From the NCBI RefSeq assembly GCF_009914755.1, contig NC_060936.1: a stretch of 64,000 nucleotides of DNA, one strand, 5' to 3'. This document shows positions 59,801-64,000 of the stretch, piece after piece; position 1 is the first letter of the stretch, and each line of letters starts with the position of its first letter. This stretch comes from the human T2T-CHM13v2.0 reference genome, Homo sapiens. The notes under the pieces were generated by a model. It had not been told where the DNA came from, did not search any database, and worked only from the letters and a program-made list of their open reading frames with translations. A program made the translations under genes and the position numbers.

Positions 59801-62800
59801 TCCCCAAGTGTGCCAGGGAAGGGTATTAGGGAGATACATTGCCTCCTGCCTGATGTGTGGGAGGGGACCAGTGAGGGGCTCCATCTCCTTCAGTGACCCC
59901 CTTGGGTAGGGCTGGTGGAGAGCTCCCTTCCCAGGAGGGTGGTGGGAGCCAGGGCGTGGGCAGCAGGCCTGCCTCCACACTTGATGTGTGTTTATCTGGA
60001 GGGGAGGCCTCTGTGCAGGGCCTGGAGCAAGGTTGAGGGAAGGTGAGAGGTGGGTAAACCATGCCTGTTGTTAACAAAGAACAGGGCCCAAAACGCCCCC
60101 AAATGGCTGTCTTCCTCTCCCTCCTGCCCTCAGCCCTCTTTGGTATGTGCATGTACATGGGGGTGGGAGTTTTGGGGAACCACTGGATCGTGGCCAGTGG
60201 ACTAAGAGATGGCATCTTCACAGGCCCCTATTTCAGCATTTCCTAACCCAGAAACTGCTGAGTCACAGAGGAATTGTTCTGACCTTATTTTTCTCCCAAG
60301 CTGGCTTCTAGAATCTTTGAGTGGGAAAGGATCTTAGAGCTCAACTTCCCCAACCCCTCTGTGGCACGAGGAGACAGAGGGCGAGGGGACCTGTTCCAGA
60401 CAGGTGCCCATCAGACTGCTCCTTGAGTGTGCTCAGTGACAACACCCCTTGTTCCCAGGGCCCTTTATAAACCAAACAGCTCCCTCAAATGAAAACATGG
60501 GACACATGTGAGGAGTGGGAGGGACTTCTGTGAAAGGTGGCTGGTATAAAAATCCAGATCTTGTAGGAGGTAAGAGGAAGCTGCAGGATGATTGTCCTGT
60601 CCACCTCTGGCCCACTCCAGCATCCAGACTAGGTGGGGAGGAACAGATGCTTGTCCTGGCCCACCCTGATCTCAGTAGGAGGGGGACCCACATTCCAGGC
60701 CCCCACCCCCTGAGGAAGAGTGGAGGTGGGCAGGGGCAAAGCTGGGAGAGTGTTCAGGGGGTCAAACGGTGGCAGGGGCTGAGGGAAGCTGTAGGCTTGG
60801 TAGGCCTTCACCCTCACTAGGGTAGAACCCTGGGCCCAGTTACCTAAACTGGCAGGACCCCTGGGCCCACCCATTTTTAGATGTGGAAACACCAAGGCTT
60901 TGGGACACAGCAGTGCCAGGCTCCTGGTTTCTTGGCTTGGAGTCTCATGGGTTTTTGTTCCTCACTGGACTGTCTGGGGACAGCCAAACTGGGACAGCCT
61001 CTGAGCTGGTAACCAGAGCATAGCTCCACAGTGACAAGCTTCCTCCTGCCTTTTTCCCCCTTAAACAAATTATGAAATATTTTAGGCACACAAAAAAGGA
61101 TAGATGATTTAACAAACACCCTTATAACCCAGCCTGAGAAAACAGCGTAGATAAAATAGCATAGATTTCCCACCCAGCCTAAGAAACAAAATAGCATAGA
61201 TTCCCATAGATTCAAAGCACTTCCCCACCCCCACCGCCCCATCAACTTCCCTTCCTTGTCTCCATTGCCAGAGATAACCACTTTCCCCAACCAGATGCTT
61301 ATCCTTCCTGTGCACATTTGGTAACTACTCTGAGTGGCATGTGTGCAGCTGCCTTTTGGAAAGGCCTCCTGACTCCTAGGATGCAGCGGCCTGAGTGGCC
61401 CACACCTTGCAACCCAACCAGCTGAGAGCCTGCAGCTGGCTCTGCCTCCTTCCTCATTTGTCCCTTGCCGGGATCCACCGCCCTGCCCGGACCCTTGCCA
61501 ATGGAGTTGATATTTGTTCCACTCTTTGGGCTGCACCAGCAGGCACTGCCTGGCACAGAGGGTTGTTTTGTATTGTATTGGCTGGGTGGCAGCTGGCATC
61601 CTAGAGGAAGTGTCCACCCAGGCGCAGAGGCCAGGCCCAGGAAAAGCTGGGGGCAGTGGGGGTGGGGAGCGGTGCAGGTGGTGATGGCCTGCCCTTTGCC
61701 GCAAAATGGAGGGAGTGGCATGAGGTCTGGCCAAGAACAATAAGGCCACTCAGGGGTTGGGTGGCCCTGGAGTCTTCATGGCTGGACCTCCTCATCCTGC
61801 AAAACCAACTCAGGCAGTTTGGGAAGAGCCCTGCAGGCCTTGTGACTTTGAGACTGTGGCCTCTGAGGGCTGGGTGGAGGAGGAGCATGGGGCAGGAGCA
61901 TGGCTTCCCTGCTCTGTGGCCCTCAGGGTAGACAGTGGCAAGTCCCCAGAAAGCAGGCTGGGCTGCTGAGGCACAGACTTTCTGGTTTTCAGGATCCTTT
62001 TATCCTCTTGAAAAGTAGTGAAACTCCATGCAAATTTTATGTATGTGAGTTTTAGCTATTGATATATACTATATTAGAAGTTAGAACATTTTTTAGCATT
62101 TTAAAGTAATACTAAAAATAACATGAATTAACATAACATTTTTGTGAGAGATATTCATGTTTTCCAAAACAAAATAAAATCAGAGAGAATGGTAGGGTTT
62201 TGTATTTCTGCAGGTTTCTCTAATGTTGGGCTTACTAGCAGGCAGCTCAGTCTCTTACCTGCTTCTGATATCACAGCCTCCGAAAAGGAAAACTCCATTC
62301 TATGAGGGAATGAGAGACAAGACCATATTCTTGGTATTCTTATGCAAATAGGCCTGGTCTAGTGGATCTGCAGGGCTCTGGAGCACCCTGGGGATGGGCC
62401 CTGATGTGTCTCTCCTGCAGGGGTGCTGGCACTGTGGGTCCTGGTGACGCACGTGATGTACATGCAAGATTATTGGAGGACCTGGCTCAAGGGGCTGCGC
62501 GGCTTCTTCTTCGTGGGCGTCCTCTTCTCGGCCGTCTCCATCGCTGCCTTCTGCACCTTCCTCGTGCTGGCCATCACCCGGCATCAGAGTGAGGGCGGGT
62601 CCCAGGGAAAGAGGGCATGGGAGGGACAGCAGCGGGGATTTTAGCAGCATTCCCATCCTGGTTCCACAGGTTACCTCCAAAGAGACTGGGTGAATTACTT
62701 AACCTCCCCGGACACGGGTTTTGTTATGGTTCATGTGGAGAAAACAAGTCCCCACCTCGCAAGTTGGGTGGATTCTATGAAACTGATGTGAAGTCTTGAG

Positions 62801-63674
62801 CAGTGCATAGCCCATACAAGCACTCCTGATATTGGGACCCATTAGTCTGTGCTCAGCTCTGGGATGGGAGCGCCCTCTGGTGGCTGTGGCTGGAAATAAC
62901 CAGAGGTCCTTCTTCCGGGAGTCTGATGCTAACTAAAGCAGGTTGGAGGTGGCCTAGGGTATTTGTCACAAAAGCGGAGTGGATGATACAGACCTGTGAT
63001 TGGCCAGCCCTGCCCTTCCCTAATCCCCACGGCCTCCTGCCTGAAAACCCTGGAATACTCTAAAACGGTCCGCAGCTCCGTTCTACTGTTCCAGGCTGTG
63101 GAACAGTAGTGGTCCGTGGCCTGTTAGGAACCAGGCCACACAGCAGGTGAGGGGCAAGCGAGCCTTACCGCCTGAGCTCTGCCTCCTGTCAGGTCAGCGG
63201 CGGGCATTAGAAGCGCAAACCCTGTTGTGAGGCGCATGCGAGGGTTGCGTGCCCCTGATGATCTAATGTTTGACGATCTGAGGTGGAACAGTTTCATCCC
63301 CAAACCATCCCAAGGTTTTTGTGGAAAAATTGTCTTCCACAAAACCAGTCCCTGGTGCCAAAAAGGTTGGGGACCATGGCTCTAAAACCTCCATCACAGT
63401 GTCTTTCTGAAGGGTTGGTTCAGCTGCCAGGACGTTGCAGGGATGTTGAGTGGGGAGGGTGGCCCTGGCCTTGTGGCCGGTGCAGAGGCCGAGGGCAGGG
63501 CCTGCCAAAGTCACTGTCGGTACTTCTCTCCCTGCAGGCCTCACAGACCCCACCAGCTACTACCTCTCCAGCGTCTGGAGCTTCATTTCCTTCAAGTGGG
63601 CCTTCCTGCTCAGCCTCTATGCCCACCGCTACCGGGCTGACTTTGCTGACATCAGCATCCTCAGCGATTTCTGA
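56698..63674 (+). CDS. SLC48A1: SLC48A1 / HRG1 lysosomal heme transporter, 3 exons, 146 aa
   Basis: 136+168+137=441 nt; four hydrophobic segments, His in [13 protein letters not shown] motif, C-terminal acidic-dileucine DISIL. Confidence 0.97.
57203..57233. repeat. (CA)n microsatellite in SLC48A1 intron 1
   Basis: Directly visible. Confidence 0.9.
57680..57860 (-). mobile_element. MIR SINE
   Basis: CCATTTTACAGATAAGGAAACTGAGGC. Confidence 0.75.
58753..58799. repeat. 16-bp tandem repeat, 3 copies (CGCTAGGGCAGCAGCT)
   Basis: Near-perfect copies at 58753, 58769 and 58785. Confidence 0.95.
59040..59077. promoter_or_regulatory. Paired ARE/MARE elements (NRF2/BACH1-sMAF) in SLC48A1 intron 1
   Basis: TGACTCAGC at 59040-59048 and TGCTGAGTCAC at 59067-59077, in inverted orientation. 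Confidence 0.7.
60256..60266. promoter_or_regulatory. MARE in SLC48A1 intron 1
   Basis: AAAC-TGCTGAGTCAC, a full consensus with an A-rich flank. Confidence 0.7.
62421..62588 (+). CDS. SLC48A1: SLC48A1 exon 2
   Basis: [32 protein letters not shown]...AITRHQ; CAG acceptor, GTGAGG donor. Confidence 0.96.
62868..62886 (-). promoter_or_regulatory. CTCF motif (reverse)
   Basis: Reverse complement reads CAGCCACCAGAGGGCGCTC. Confidence 0.65.
63105..63378 (+). mobile_element. MER1B-like hAT-Charlie element
   Basis: GGTCCGTGGCCTGTTAGGAACC...CCCTGGTGCCAAAAAGGTTGGGGACC. Confidence 0.85.
63538..63674 (+). CDS. SLC48A1: SLC48A1 exon 3 (coding part)
   Basis: [45 protein letters not shown]. Confidence 0.96.
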
Positions 63675-63944
63675 CCCAGGGGGTGAGGTCTCTGCACCCT
63701 GGGGGGGCCTTAGGACCTGGACTCAGCCTCTGAGATGTTGGGAGAGGCTACTCCCACCCCCTGGTGACCCCAGAACTGTGGCAGAAAATACACAGCAGGA
63801 CGAGTGTGGTCTCCCAGGAAGCTGTCCTGCCCGTCCCCTTTCGAGGAAACCTGAGTGTGGTAGAGAGGGGATCCTGCCATGTTGCTCCTCATCAGCCTGG
63901 CCAGAGGGCAGCTTTAGACCTTTTCAAATGAATCTGTTTTCTTT

Positions 63945-64000
63945 TCTTTCTTTTTTTTTTCTTTTTTTTTTTTTTTTGAGATGGAGTCTTACTCTGTCAC
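63945..64000 (-). mobile_element. Antisense Alu (tail end) in the SLC48A1 3'UTR, cut by the window edge
   Basis: Poly(T) followed by GAGATGGAGTCTTACTCTGTCAC. Confidence 0.9.

Noticed and set aside
60877-61749. 290-aa minus-strand ORF in SLC48A1 intron 1
   Set aside because: No domain signature, overlaps probable old LINE-derived sequence, and has no splice or promoter support.
63672-63705. UGA-C stop followed by a GC-rich hairpin in SLC48A1 (possible readthrough or SECIS)
   Set aside because: A second in-frame TGA follows after three codons, the context is not the CUAG readthrough motif, and no SECIS core is visible.

Overview
Primate DNA, almost certainly human. Gene order matches chr12q13.11 from recall. 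Three protein-coding genes are present. (1) The 5' half of ENDOU/PP11 on the minus strand: coding exons 1-5, with the gene continuing off the left edge. (2) The complete RAPGEF3/EPAC1 gene on the minus strand: 28 coding exons that I joined by hand to 2772 nt, giving 923 aa plus stop. (3) The complete CDS of SLC48A1/HRG1 on the plus strand: 3 exons, 441 nt, 146 aa. RAPGEF3 and SLC48A1 lie head-to-head with separate CpG islands about 14 kb apart. The rest is Alu, MIR, L2, LTR and DNA-transposon fossils and tandem repeats. I see no new gene or novel biological system. The signals worth following are regulatory: a U12 AT-AC intron in RAPGEF3 with a cryptic U2 site inside it; a 4-nt tandem donor that would turn RAPGEF3 Met1 into a uORF; an intron-16 read-through/intronic poly(A) truncated EPAC1; NRF2/BACH1-type MAREs in SLC48A1 intron 1; a convergent CTCF pair around both promoters; an in-frame upstream ATG for SLC48A1; a THE1C solo LTR with a consensus donor inside ENDOU; and a 97-bp repeat with a recombinant middle copy. 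Several of these may already be annotated. Repeat subfamily calls are from memory of consensus sequences, and repeat boundaries are approximate.
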